Positions 12,998 through 26,022 are shown, counted from the first letter of the stretch. The stretch is 64,000 nucleotides of DNA from Dimorphilus gyrociliatus (GCA_904063045.1 CAJFCJ010000029.1:434001-498000), one strand, 5' to 3'. A program made the numbers and translations. Notes: generated by a model not told the origin, from the sequence alone.

Positions 12998-14587
12998 ATG
13001 TCTTCACTGGATACGACTGAAGTTCGCGGGGAAATGCGAAGAGTTTCGTTTTCGGATCATACAATAGATATTAGAGACAGCTTGAACAAGAAGGAATCCA
13101 ACTCTACAACGCAATCTGATGAACAGGCTAGTGCTATGGAAGACATTGAAATTGACGAAAGCCCAAGAAGGAGTGTACGAGATAGAACGCCCACACCTCC
13201 CATACTTCATGAATCGAAACTTTCAAAAGAGAAACCCCCTCCTTTCACAGTTCAGAATGGAGATATCATATCATCTATAAAACTAGGAAGTGCCAAGAAT
13301 CAACAAGCTCAACAGAATGGCTTCATTCAAGAACAATTACCTTCCAGTATCAATTATGATTCATCAATGGAAATAGCTAACATAGTAATGGGAACGGATG
13401 AACCAGTTGTAGATGTGGCAGATGTCGTAGATGTCGAAACTAGCACAGAAAGCGAAGAGCATAAGCCCACAACAACTTTGGAAATTGGTAAAAAACCAAC
13501 AGAAAACGCTAATCAACAACGACCCATTTTAAAAGAAATTAACTTTAATCCTGACATAGTTGTAAATAATTCGACAGTGATAACGAGTGGGTTAGATTTT
13601 GATAAAAAGAAGAAACGAGTAATAAAAAAATCTTCGAATCCCTTACCAAAGACTACAAAAATTGAAGATGAAGGTTTCTCCAGTAATCATTCGACGCCTA
13701 TTGGAACGTTGGAAAGAGAAAAGAAAGTTACTAGCTATAACCAGGTTAATGCTGTTCAGAGAGAAATCGCAAATGATAAAAAAATATTGAAAGAACTGAA
13801 ATTAATCGATGACAAAAAAAAGCCTTGGTATAAGTCCAGTTTAATTTACATTGTCATTGGAAGTATTCTTCTTCTTTTGGCTATAATTGGTGTAATAATT
13901 CTGGCTGTTGCGTATGTTCAAAGGTTAGTTAATGACAATTTTATAGTTCATTTCACATTTTCAACTGACAAAAATGACCCTCTAGCAAAACTATTGATTG
14001 GAACGAAGACAAGGGGGAAATTATTTCCAAGTATAAATTGGACAATGTTAAAAACCAATTTCTAAACAATGTACTAGTTTCACCAAACTCGTTTCCTAAT
14101 TCAAATTACTACCTATTTGAAGCAGGGAGTAAAATGTTTTGGTTTAAAATAAACGATGCTGAGGGATTGACTTTGACCTGGAATAGAGGAAGGGAGGTGA
14201 AAATTCATTCAATTTCCCCTTCAAACTATTCCACACAAATTCTCGGTGACTTCCTACGAGAAGATGGTAGCAAAGAAGCGATTTATAGCATTCATCTATC
14301 ATCCAATAGATGGCATGCCGCTGAATATTGGTCGACAGATGGATTTTCTTTCGTCGCAGTCCGGCGTCACTCTGGTAAGATTGTATTATGGTTACTAAAG
14401 CTCAATAAGATTATTAATTTTATAACATAAAACTTACTTATTGACCATATATTAAGTATTTATTAAATTTGAAATTTAACACTCCAAAACAGGAAGTAGT
14501 CAAGCCTTTTCAGTTCCATCTTCCTCCGACACCGATAAATTTCCGAAGGCTTTTGAAGACATAACAAAAAAATTTACTAAAAGTTAA
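12998..14587 (+). CDS. Uncharacterised type II single-pass membrane protein; exons 12998-13923, 13986-14374, 14493-14587
   Basis: About 280-aa charged, low-complexity N-terminus, then KKKPWYK, a hydrophobic stretch of about 25 aa and a C-terminal domain of about 160 aa. The two overlapping ORFs join in frame via a 62-nt GT-AG intron; the last exon is less certain. Confidence 0.7.
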
Positions 14588-14969
14588 GGACTGGTGTCTA
14601 ACGTTCTTCACATATATATACAGTATGAAATGACATATTAAATGGTGATCTTTAACGTTTTTTACTAAACATTTCTTCGTAGCTTTCTTGGTTTCTGGCT
14701 TATTTTTGGATCTTTTTTTTTCTACTCTTTTTTTATATTTATTACTTTTAATTATAAATTTTTTATTAATCTTGTTTTCTTTTTTTTCGCCTTTTTTTAT
14801 TTTTTAAATTAAAACTATTGTAAAACTTTTTATTAACAATTTTTTTCGTCTGCTTCCTATAATTCTCAATATACAAAACCTTTTTGACCCTACACGCTTA
14901 TCAATTATATTACTTCCACAACTACGCTAAAGATTTACCCCTCTTTCACCCTACCGGAAGCAAATGCAA

Positions 14970-15518
14970 TGACGTCCTTGACAAAAGATCACGTGACTCT
15001 TTCGATTGAGCCATCGAACGAGGTCAATAGACGCAAGTAGAATGAGCCAACTTTATCTTATTTGTTTACTTTGGACACATCGTATAGAACGTCACCCAGT
15101 TAACGACAAATTTTCTAGGCTTAGCAAAGCACACACTTATTCCGTAAAAGTTCAGGACTTAGCGTCTTATTTACTGAGTGACGTTCGTCTTTAATTTCTA
15201 GGTCAAGGAAGTTGCTAAGCGTAACTCAAACGACCGTAACGCCTCAGGCTTGATATACTTATCGCGATCATTTTTTCTACCTCTTTATTATTTCGTCTGT
15301 CGCAACTGTTACCAAGTTAGTTATAAAGCAGACGCTTTTTATCGACCTTGACGCTTTTTTAACATTTTCATCACTTGTTTACGTTGTTGAGAAAAGCATT
15401 CTGCATTTCACGGAAAGCGGTTAGAAGTTAAGGCGTATGGGAAAGAGCAGAGCGGAGTGGAAGTAAAACTGCTTAGAACCCAATATCGGCGTCACTCTTG
15501 AAAAAGGGTGTGACGTCA
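14970..15518. promoter_or_regulatory. CpG-rich block with CRE and E-box motifs upstream of the NHL gene
   Basis: TGACGTC at 14970, ATCACGTGAC at about 14988-14997, further TGACG/CGTCA half-sites and a perfect TGACGTCA at 15511-15518, in otherwise AT-rich DNA. Confidence 0.45.
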
Positions 15519-16076
15519 AACGTCGGCAAAAAAGCAAGTTCAATTGAGTGCGTCGTTCCAAATTGAGAATACGTATACGTCGTTCGGTACTCGTGTTCTA
15601 ATTATTATGGCAGAATACATCGAAAACCTTTAGTGTTAACCGTTCGATGAAATATATACGGTTTTTATGTACAATGTACAGCTTACATACTGTATACAAA
15701 ATATATTGTATACATTGTAAATAAACTATCATACAGTAAGAGTCTATTCTTAGTGGTAAAAAACGCCGATAATAAAGTGGCGTTCCTTTTTCTTGGGCGC
15801 ATTTAATCTTATACTATTCAAGGCGAAAAGCTACACAAGAGTACTCGGTGGCATTTGCTTATTCGACCAATTGTCGCACTCGTTCGTAGTCGATCGAATG
15901 AACCGCAAAATTGGCGTTTGTTGTAATATAAGCTTATATACAATTCCGGATCGACTCTGATAAGTTGGGGTCTAAAGCAATTAGGTCGAATTTCTCCCTC
16001 TTTTTCTACTCAAGTATTTGCGAGATGGTCACTAAATAATGCATAGGGTCGTTTCTTACACACATGATTTCTAAAA

Positions 16077-16227
16077 TTATTATTACTATTATTATCGTTA
16101 TCATTATTATTATTTAATCATTGTTTTCCTGAGGTTGTTAGTAGTATTGCTATTATTATTATTATCATTATTTGTATTTTCGGATTTTTTCTTATAATAA
16201 TAATTATTATTATTATTATTATCATTA
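16077..16227. repeat. Degenerate (TAT)n trinucleotide low-complexity tract
   Basis: Interrupted TATTATTAT/TCATTAT runs. Confidence 0.8.
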
Positions 16228-16526
16228 GTTCTACTTTTATTTGATTTGTATTCTAATGATTAGTACTTTGTTCTGTCTCTATTTTTTCCTCCTAAAGAAA
16301 AAATCTTTATACTGAACGAATTTATATTTCTATATCATACTACACCCACGTTCCACGTGTGCCGTAAAGCGCCTCCTAGCAACTGCAATATATAACACGG
16401 GTACAGCAAACGCTTGCGGTCGTCGTCGTCACGCTTCGATCAACCGCCACAGTGGATGCCGCTACGTCGTCCCGCGCCGCCACTGGTGCCGCTACACCCC
16501 CGCGAACGCTCAATTTAAGGAACGTC

Positions 16527-17930
16527 ATGGGTACGGCATCTTCCAGCCCTTCCCGTCATTACTCTATCGGGTCAGCGAATTCGCCTCCATTAACTGAACG
16601 CCGGAGGTTATCAAGTGTTGAAGGAGCCTTAACCAATGTTCCATCACGAAGACAAAGAGTTTCTGTAACTTCTTTGTCGTCAATGAGAAGTAGCTTTGAA
16701 TCGCCGAGTAAAAAATTGAGCAGAGATAGTTCCTTAGAACAAGGATCACCAAGTAAGAAATTATCGATGTGCTCCCTACAAGATCCTGCTAGATTATCTA
16801 TATCATCAGCTGTTGTCATACCAGCAAGAGGATCACTAGATTCAGGATATAGCGGTTCATGGAGATCGTCCGTTTCTTCTGCCAGATCAAGATCAAGGTC
16901 TAGTTTTGAAGCTTATACAAGGTCTAGATCTTCGGTTGATAGTAATATCATTTCGGTTATAGCGGGTAATTCAACCGGAATGGAGCAGATTCATGAAGAA
17001 AATGAAGCCATATCAGCAGCTGAACAGTTCGCTTTAAGACATAGTAGATATGTGGCTGTTGAAGCTGAAAAGGTTGCTAGATGCGTCCTAAGGTTTGGTA
17101 ATTACGGTGGCAAAGAAAGTGATAAACCAAATTGTAATTTAGGAACATTTTCAAAACCGCATGCCATTGCAGTCTGTCAAAGATCGGGAGATATTATTGT
17201 TGGTGAATGGTCTTCGGAGATTATTCAGGTATTTGATGCTCGAGGTGATTATAAAACCTCTTTTGAAGTTGGTCTAGTTCATGGTTTATCCGTTCTACCA
17301 GACGGGAACTTAGTAATAGCCTCGTCGAAGGGCGTTGAAACCTATACCAAGGACGGTAAAAAAATAGAACAAGTTACTCCCAATCTCGCAACAAGCGTTG
17401 CTTCCGCTCCAAAATGTTTGATAACCGCCGAACACTCCTCTGTAGATATCTATGGGGAGGATGGTCGTTTATTAAAACGTATCCGGAATTCTAAATTACC
17501 ATCTCTAATCTCGAAAGTATTACACCGTCATTTTGCTTTGAAACGAATTGTTGGAGTAGCTATAATGCCCAGGGACTATTCAATTGTATTGTTAGATGCG
17601 GAATCCCGACTCCTATTTGTATTTAGTGAGAAGGGACGTTTCTCGCACGCTATAGTTCCGGCAGAAGAACCTTGCGGCGATTTGAAAGGTCCCCAGGGTA
17701 TTTGCGTCGATTCTCGGAATAATATTGTTGTAGCCGATACGTATAATCATCGCATCGTTCAATTCTCTCCTACCGGTAAATACTTAGGGCTTGTCGAACA
17801 GTTTTTAAATAACAAACAAAATGCTGGCGGTTGGTATCCACATGGTGTCTCATGTACGAACGAAGGACATTTGGCAGTTACCGTGACTGGACATAATTTT
17901 GCAGAGGTTAGATTATACCGGTATAAATAG
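16527..17930 (+). CDS. NHL-repeat (six-bladed beta-propeller) protein with a Ser/Arg-rich N-terminus and no RING/B-box; single exon
   Basis: NHL signatures FSKPHAIAV...GDIIV, LKGPQGICVDSRNNIVVADTYNHRIVQF and YPHGVSCTNEGHLAV. First ATG at 16527 (ORF track uses GTG 16452), in-frame stop at 16377, TATATAA at about 16389 and CACGTG at 16354. Confidence 0.8.
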   Translation: MGTASSSPSRHYSIGSANSPPLTERRRLSSVEGALTNVPSRRQRVSVTSLSSMRSSFESPSKKLSRDSSLEQGSPSKKLSMCSLQDPARLSISSAVVIPARGSLDSGYSGSWRSSVSSARSRSRSSFEAYTRSRSSVDSNIISVIAGNSTGMEQIHEENEAISAAEQFALRHSRYVAVEAEKVARCVLRFGNYGGKESDKPNCNLGTFSKPHAIAVCQRSGDIIVGEWSSEIIQVFDARGDYKTSFEVGLVHGLSVLPDGNLVIASSKGVETYTKDGKKIEQVTPNLATSVASAPKCLITAEHSSVDIYGEDGRLLKRIRNSKLPSLISKVLHRHFALKRIVGVAIMPRDYSIVLLDAESRLLFVFSEKGRFSHAIVPAEEPCGDLKGPQGICVDSRNNIVVADTYNHRIVQFSPTGKYLGLVEQFLNNKQNAGGWYPHGVSCTNEGHLAVTVTGHNFAEVRLYRYK

Positions 17931-18001
17931 AATGTGAACAAATTGCATTTATATTAAGTGGCTATATTCCTTTCCGTTTATATACAAATAAATCTGGATA
18001 T

Positions 18002-18004
<3 letters not shown>

Positions 18005-18037
<33 letters not shown>
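18005..18037. repeat. (TA)n microsatellite
   Basis: Perfect TA run downstream of the NHL stop. Confidence 0.95.
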
Positions 18038-18041
<4 letters not shown>

Positions 18042-21000
18042 ATATATATATGTATGTATACATTTTTTATATAAATGAATATACTGTATATAGTTTCTTA
18101 TGATAAAAATCTTGATAAAAAGAAGAGCAAGTTTATTTACAAGATGTATTTTTTTGTTTCTTTTTGGATAAAAAAGAAAATATAAGAAAATTGATTAAAA
18201 AATAAATACTTTAAAATCTCAATTTTTAAGGTTAATCCTTATTTTCATATTCCTTCTACTTATTATATCATCTTAATCTTCTAAAGATGGAATCTAGTAC
18301 ATTTTTTACAAACGTATAAGTGTAAAAGAGATGCTTATGAAATAGTCCTGACAAACAAGTAATTACATTCTATATGCGCTATTCGCCCTCCCCCGCAATC
18401 GTTAAATATACAGTATGCTATCTCACCGCATAGATTGCTTCATATGAAAAGAGGATAAGTATGATTAGTATTATACAGAGAATACACCGGCATTTTATAT
18501 AAATTCGTCTTTTAGCTACATGATATCGTATTCCTGTTAATAAGAAAGGAATTCGTTACTACTTGTTTATATAGTCATTATAATTACTGAATAAGGTAAG
18601 TATTTTCATGGATGGACTTTGTTTATAGTGTCTACACCGGATAATATATTATTGCATTAGACTCTGCATATATTACTTTGCTTTTCTCATAAAATAAGCG
18701 CATAAAAGTATTTATATTGTGAATATTACGTCCAAGACGAGATCTTTCATAGATTAAACATGGACGGTTTCTTTCCTTACAGATTTTACTAAATATCAAA
18801 CAAATATACTTGATACAGTAATTTTATGTTTTTGTTAAGTACATAGTACTTGTAAGGGTACGTGCTAAGTTTCGCATATATCAGAATATATTTCCTCATT
18901 TTTCACCTTTCGTGAGGTAAGACTTTAACTTCATTTCAACCTTAAATATCAATATAAACTGTTATACACTCGTCTCAACAATCTATCTCATACAAATATT
19001 TTTTCCCTTCAAACATTCCAACTATAATATATACGTATAGATACTCTATATATGTTGTATATATACTGAATATATACAGTATTATAGTAAGTAGATTAAT
19101 GGCTTTACAATACTTGATTCGCCAATAGCATCTTATATAATTAGTATTCATTATGCTAAGGCATAAATTACGTAAAGTATCACATAAAGATCGAGTAGAT
19201 ACGTAGTATCATTCTAGTAATTGGACTATTTTACAAATGTAAGACTTGTTAATTATTAATAATAAACTCGGATCGTAAGCGGTATGCCATCGAATAGTTT
19301 GTTTTTCATTAACCCAAAAAAGACTTGTTTTCTCCTACTTTTATCATCTTATACGATCCATTTCAGAATATATAGGTAAAGGATGATCTTTAACGCTATA
19401 TTAGAACCAACCACGTTTTTCTGTTGTATAATAAACATATTATCCTTTCCTAGTCTTTGTTCCAATTCTTTTGCTTTTACTTCTTTCTATCTATTTATCT
19501 TATCCTCTTCAGCGTCTTTCAATCTCTTCTTCTTTCTAGCTCTTTCTGCCTTTTTCTGTCGTTCTCTGTCTCTCTCTGGCTCTGTGTCTATCCGCTTTCT
19601 CCCCCTCTCTTTCTCTTTCTCTCTCTCTCTATCTCCCCAGTTCTATTCACCTTGCTCTCTGTGTCCTTTTATTCTTACACTTTACACCATCTATATGGAT
19701 ATGAAATCAATATATGAATAATATTGACACTTGTTTTTTTTTACCGAGAAATTTCTCCTCAATCTCTCTTATGACAAAAAAATTATTGTTTACCAAATAC
19801 ACTCAATTCTAAATGACTAGATTTCGAGTATAATGACACAAAACGGTACTGAACTAATTGGTGGTATTATAATGAGGTCAAAACATGATGTCCTTGTACA
19901 AGATTATGACGAAGCAAAATTGATAAACAACTGGTACAAAAAAAAACTAATATAAAATGTCGCATAATTCAGTGTACGCGTTCAAATTACCATGGTAGAG
20001 TCTTAAAGGAAATCTAAGAATTGTATTAAAACTTACTAGAGGAACACAGTAGTTTATTATTTTAAGAAAATTTCGTTGTTTTCTTTCTTTTTCCGTTATC
20101 CTGCTATTTTCTTATGTAATACTTTTATATAGAGAAAGAAATAAAGTTAAAAAAACCTAATATATACTTATAAAAAGTTCATAAACGACCCTATATGTTG
20201 CCCAATTACCCCCAATATCTGCGAAATACGTTTCTGAGCGAATGAAAAAGTAGGTTGCCATAGCAATACTATACTTGTTTCTACTGGCATTTAGCCTTAG
20301 GAAAAAAAACAGTATCAAAAACGATTCAACATATTATCTTAAGTAAATTTGTTCCAAGATTAATTTTCATATTGGTGGGTGAGAAAATCTATCGTGAAGC
20401 TTTAGGTGATGAGCTATGGAAACATTATCCTACGTAATTAAAATTTATTCGAATTAATTTTCTAGCCCTACATACTAGGAAGTCACAAGAGGTCTATGAA
20501 CTCTAAAGAGATTTCAAACTCTTGTAATTTGCGTGTTAATTCGTTTATAAACGAAAGACATAAACGAAAGAAAACACTTATTCGACTTCTTCGTTTATTA
20601 AAGTGACAAAAGAGCACGAAAAGCATAAATTGAACATTACTAGATATATTTTGGAAGTGAAAAAAATAAAAAAAGGCGGGATATAGTTAGACATTTAGAG
20701 AAAAGTATCAAGAGAATAAACGCATAAAGAGTCTCAGTCAGGGTGGGGAAAGAAAGAAGAGAAAGATAGTGGGAGAGAAAAGAAACAACACACAAAGCCC
20801 TAATAGTCTCGGAGTAATGCATCAACTGGTTTGTCTAAAAGTCACCCCTACTCCATCTTAAACGACTCTTGTGTATCGCTTCTTATTATCATTATAATGA
20901 AAATCATTATTAATTATTATTATCAGCGTTATTATATCTAAAACAAAGTAAATAGTCTAATTTATAGACTTGTAGTGCGTATATAATGCAACGAATAAAC

Positions 21001-22553
21001 AAGAATTAATAACAAAATTAAATAATTTATATATTACTTAAGATTTGTAATAAGGAAATCTATTAAATTAATTTTTTGCTATAAATTTTTTTTTTCTTTT
21101 TACAATATCAACACTTTTTTAGTTTCTCCTTCTCTTACCGTGTCAGCTGGTGCAATTAATTAAGAACTCGGATCACAGATTTTGAACCTTTGAGGTTTAA
21201 TTTGCCTCCAAAACTTATAAGTTATCTTCCTATGTATGTATAGGATTTTTAAGGTTATAGCTTATGATTAATCATTTTTCTTATCAATAGTTTATTTCAA
21301 CTTGAACTTTTGAGAGAGTATGAAAAAAAAACGTTTTTCCAATAAAATATTGTCTAGATTATATCACGTATTGTAATAACAACTGTATTACTTAAATATG
21401 TTTCTTTTACCACGTAAGTGGAATCTTTTAAAGGTACTATCTTTCGCTAAATTTCAGAACAGATCTTCTCTAAAACCAAAATAGCTCTCGTTGACCGAAA
21501 CAAATGTAAATTATTCAAAGTTAATAATTTCCATTAATAAAATCTTTTTCATTTAAATGTCTGTTCTTTTATTAGAAAAAGACGAATAGTATTTAGTTAT
21601 ATTTAGCATTGGACGCTTTCCCAATTCTTTGCGTTACAATATAACGCAATAAAGTCATCACCTTATTCCTTGTCTATGAATCTAAGAGAAGATTATTAAG
21701 AGGATAATAATGGTAATTATTATTATTATAATTACAAGTTCTAATAAGAATACTCCATTCTTAATAATTGAATTCAAATTTTTACCTGTAGCACATTATT
21801 TTTTATGCTTCTTTTTGAGTAATTGCAATTAACGAAATAAAATAAAATAACCCATTATTGTCTACTGTAGAACAAATGATGTTTTAGAACAAAAGATCTA
21901 TGGATTGATGACGACAAGCGATAGTTATAGAGAAAAGCGTTAATAGTAAAACCTACGCTGTATTTGTATTGAAAATACGATAGAAATTGATTTTAGTATG
22001 CAAATATGTTTTGCTAGTCGGCTACGAAGATCGCTGAAATAATTGACATCAATTCGAAATTAGCCATGCTAGACCTGAGGGGGCTCTACTTATATCCATA
22101 CGTCAAGTCAAATGCTACCCGTTAAATATAATATATATATACATAAGTATATACTGTATATATATAAATTTATATGAGTATAGTATACCGTATATTATAT
22201 ATATTTATATATAAGAATAAAGACATAAGTATGTTTATACTTGTGTTGCTTGTAAAAATTTATATTTCTATACTTTTTATACATAAAGACCATACATTTA
22301 ATAAAATAGGTCTGTGTAAATGATTGCTTTCTTTTACTGATTTCTTTCAGTTCATTCCGTTTATCTTACTTGGAAATCCAAAGTATATTTTCTTTATGAA
22401 ATATTCTTAGAAGAATAAAAGCACTGAGCAACGGATGAATAATTAATTCATTGTTACTGTCAATATCATCGAAAGTAGGAAAATAAGGTAAAAAAAGACC
22501 GTTGCAGAATATATATAATATATCTACATTTCATACTGAATATACAGAATATA

Positions 22554-22556
<3 letters not shown>

Positions 22557-22591
<35 letters not shown>
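22557..22591. repeat. (TA)n microsatellite
   Basis: Perfect TA run. Confidence 0.95.
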
Positions 22592-22594
<3 letters not shown>

Positions 22595-23102
22595 GAAACA
22601 TATACATATATATACTGCTCGTACAAATTATACATAGGTAACGTATATAATATATATATAATACATATACTTATAAGCTTTAGATGGCACTACCATATAA
22701 CTCCTATCTAGTTTGAGAATGGTACTTTAAAAAGGAATTTTAATGGTAAAATTAAAAAAAACAGAATCATCGCAGTTTTCTCGTAATCATTGGAAAGTGA
22801 AAGGGAACTTTTATAAAAAAAGAATTTCTTCTTTTATTTAATTTGAATAAGCTTCTCATACTGGCAACAATAACAATAAAGGCTTTAAATGGGCTATACA
22901 TTGTAAAAACACAAAAAAGGCGAAGAATTTCAAAAAGCAAACATGCTTCCCTCTCAAGTTATTTTACTTCATAGTTTTGTCTTCTCTATCTTAGCTATTA
23001 TTTCCTTAAGTTCACACTTTCTGAGATTTACTTTCCATCTCCTTCACAATTTTATACAAAAACTTTATTTGATCGAGGAAGGATACTTCCTAGAATATTC
23101 TC

Positions 23103-25694
23103 TCAACTAATTATACATGATTTTGACGACTTCGATGCATTTTCCTTTCTTGGATGTTTTACTTCTTGTTCCTGGTCCGGAATAGTCTCATATAGAGGTT
23201 CATCATTTTGCGATTTCCGATTCTCACTTTCCGCTTCAGTTTCATTTCCGGATGGAGAAAAATAATTAGCGCTGATAGGCTTTTCATAAGTTTGTTTCGG
23301 AAGCTTGTGACTCATATTTGACTCTGTATTTGATCTAATAAAAAATTGAAATAAGAAAAAAAAGTTTGGCGTTTAGTTTTTGCCTCACTTTGCAGTCGAC
23401 TTCGTTAGCGTTACTGTACTATATAACTCTTCTTTTTTATTAGATTTTGATTCTTCGCTTTCTCCTATTTCCGTTTCACTTATCTCATTGGAGTTTGATT
23501 TTCGACATGAATCACTTTTCCTTTTTGATTCATCCTTCCTTAAAATTTTACTGTCCGACGAACATAGTACATCTTGCATTGGCTCTAATATCTTACTATA
23601 TAATTCTTGCATGCGAGCTCTTTCACTATCGTCATCTTCTGTAAATAAAAATTCTTTAATGTATCGTTATCATAAATTATCATAAGACATGTAGCGTAAA
23701 ACATATATTTATATGGATTTTCAAACCTGACGAAGCTTTTGGTGCGGGGGAGTCATTACCGGAGAGGAGAGGTCTACCGTGGCGCCGACTTCCTGCTCCA
23801 GGAGAAAAAACATTTTTTCCCTTAACCGAGCTCTTCCTACGTTTTATTGCCCTTCTTTTTAAAGCCTTATCTTGAACATCAGATATAGTAGTGTTAATTT
23901 CAGGATTATAGTCGGGTTCGTCGTAGCTAAAATAAAAAGGAGAACATATAAACTCCGTATAAACACCTGATAAACAAAGTATACATACCTATCTTTATGT
24001 GTCAACAAATACGTTGAATCCAATGTACCCAAAGGAACAATGCCTTTTGCTATGAATTCATGTTTTATCGGAAGTTGATTAACCCTACTCCCTGAGTATT
24101 TTCTGTAGAGAGAATTTTTAGACTTTGAAAAGATAGTTGGTACATTTAATTGACCAATTAATTAATTAAATAAAAAAAAAGGAAATAAAATAAAGGAAAA
24201 TCTAATTAGGTCAAATATAATTGATATAAAGAGTATCTAAGGGAACAAAAAGTGGGAGGGAAAGAGTGATTGCTGTAAAATAGAATTAAACAATAATGTT
24301 AATGATATTGTTATTAAAATATTACTGATGTTACAATTTCTCTTAGCTTAGCTTGCCTATTGTTTTAAAAGATAACAAAGATATGAATTTTGACCTTGCT
24401 TCCATATCTTTTATTCATGTAATAAAATCATTATCACTGTTTTTTTTAAACTTGTAGTTTAATCTCCTTGTACGCGATGTGTAAAGTAAAAAGAATCAAA
24501 GTTATATATATCTTACCTTTCTGTTTTGGCATCATTTTTCGGCTCGGTAGACAGTTTCGTCGCTTTATATCTTTTTTCTTCGTTAACTCTATTTTCTAGA
24601 TCTTTTATATTTTTATTTACGTCCTTTTTCATATGCTTTGGGGCTACTTTTAAAGATTGAATAAGACAACCCTTTAACGACTCCCAATCTTCTTGGATAT
24701 AATATAATGCTGACATATGACCATAGCTAACCCATTGAAGATCCTTCGGGCCTATATTTATTACGGTTAATAAGCATTCTTCGCACTCTTGTAGTTTATT
24801 TGTTTTGAAATATGCGTAAGCCAAATTGATTGCTGTTTCTGCTTGATATCTGTTTACTTGTATTTCTTCGTAAATCTGAAAGGCTTCTTTATGGAATTTC
24901 AACGATAAACGATACTGGTCACTCAAATTCATAACAACTCCTAAATTTTGTGAACTAACAGCAACCAATTCGTTGTTCTTTAGCTTTCTCGATACGGCAC
25001 GGGCCCTTTCAAAACACTCGACAGCCAACTGTAGAGCACCAATTTGGGTAAATAAAATACCTATAGTATTGTTCACAGTGGCGCTATATTCGCCTGCAAT
25101 ATCTAATACTGAATATTTCTCAAGGATTTGCTTTAAATATTCATAACTTCTTTCATAATCTTTGGCTTGGTATAGATAGCGTGCAGTATTAATTAAAAAG
25201 TCAATTTGTAAACGGCTGGAAATACATAATTTTGATATTTTCGAATTAACCAGGGCAGCGGAACCAACTTTTCCATCTTTTACATAAATTTTAGATAGAG
25301 AATAACACAAATTATGTAGATCTTGATCATCAAAATCTATAGATTTGCTCCTTTCTATTTGTTTTAAAGTCTTTTCATAAAGTTTAACGGATTTCTCAAA
25401 GTTTTTTAGTTTCTCATATCCAATTGCCAAATTAAAATTTCTATAAGCACTTTCATTCGTTATTGAATTATCAATTAAAGGTGTTAGTAATTCAATTCCA
25501 CGTTTTATATCGTCCTCTTTTCCACATTCTATATATGCAGCTGCCAAATTTTGAACGCATTTATTGATTACGCTTACTTTTTGTATTTGTTCTGCATAAG
25601 TCAAGCATTTTTTGAGTTCTGAGAGAGCGCCGTTAAAATTTTCGCCAATTAAAAATTCATATCCTTTTCTTGTAGAAAAAACAATTTTATCCAT
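23103..25694 (-). CDS. TPR-repeat protein (TTC24-like architecture) with a long disordered tail; exons 25694-24517, 24102-23989, 23926-23727, 23638-23389, 23334-23103, about 657 aa
   Basis: TPR-like helices (NLAAAYIE, NLAIGYEKL, NTIGILFTQIG, NLGVVMNL, NLAYAYFK). All four introns are GT-AG and phases match throughout (2,2,1,2), linking three ORF-track fragments and two exons absent from the track. Confidence 0.8.
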
Positions 25695-26022
25695 TTCTTT
25701 TTACATTAGCTTGATATCGAAAGTAGTGTTTTCATAGTTGTCGGGAGTAACATGAAAACTGGTAGTATTTTGTGCTATTTGCACAGGATGAAAAGAGTAA
25801 TCTTTCTTTTTGTATTTTTTTTTATAGAAATTTATCTTCCAAATATTTTATTAAATTTATACTAAAAATTTCTCAAAGAATTGATTACTAAATAAATATT
25901 ATTATTTATTTTGTAAAACTATAGATGGCCCTAGAACACGACCTTGACAGTTAGCTCTAAACACGGGTAGTAGGTCGCATTCTCACTATAGAACTGGGTG
26001 TGTATAATTGAACACAAACAAC

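Noticed and set aside
19383-19721. Hydrophobic F/L/S ORFs resembling membrane proteins
   Set aside because: Produced by a CT-rich pyrimidine tract. The same applies to 12082-12309, 20640-20825, 31852-32326 and 55552-55740.
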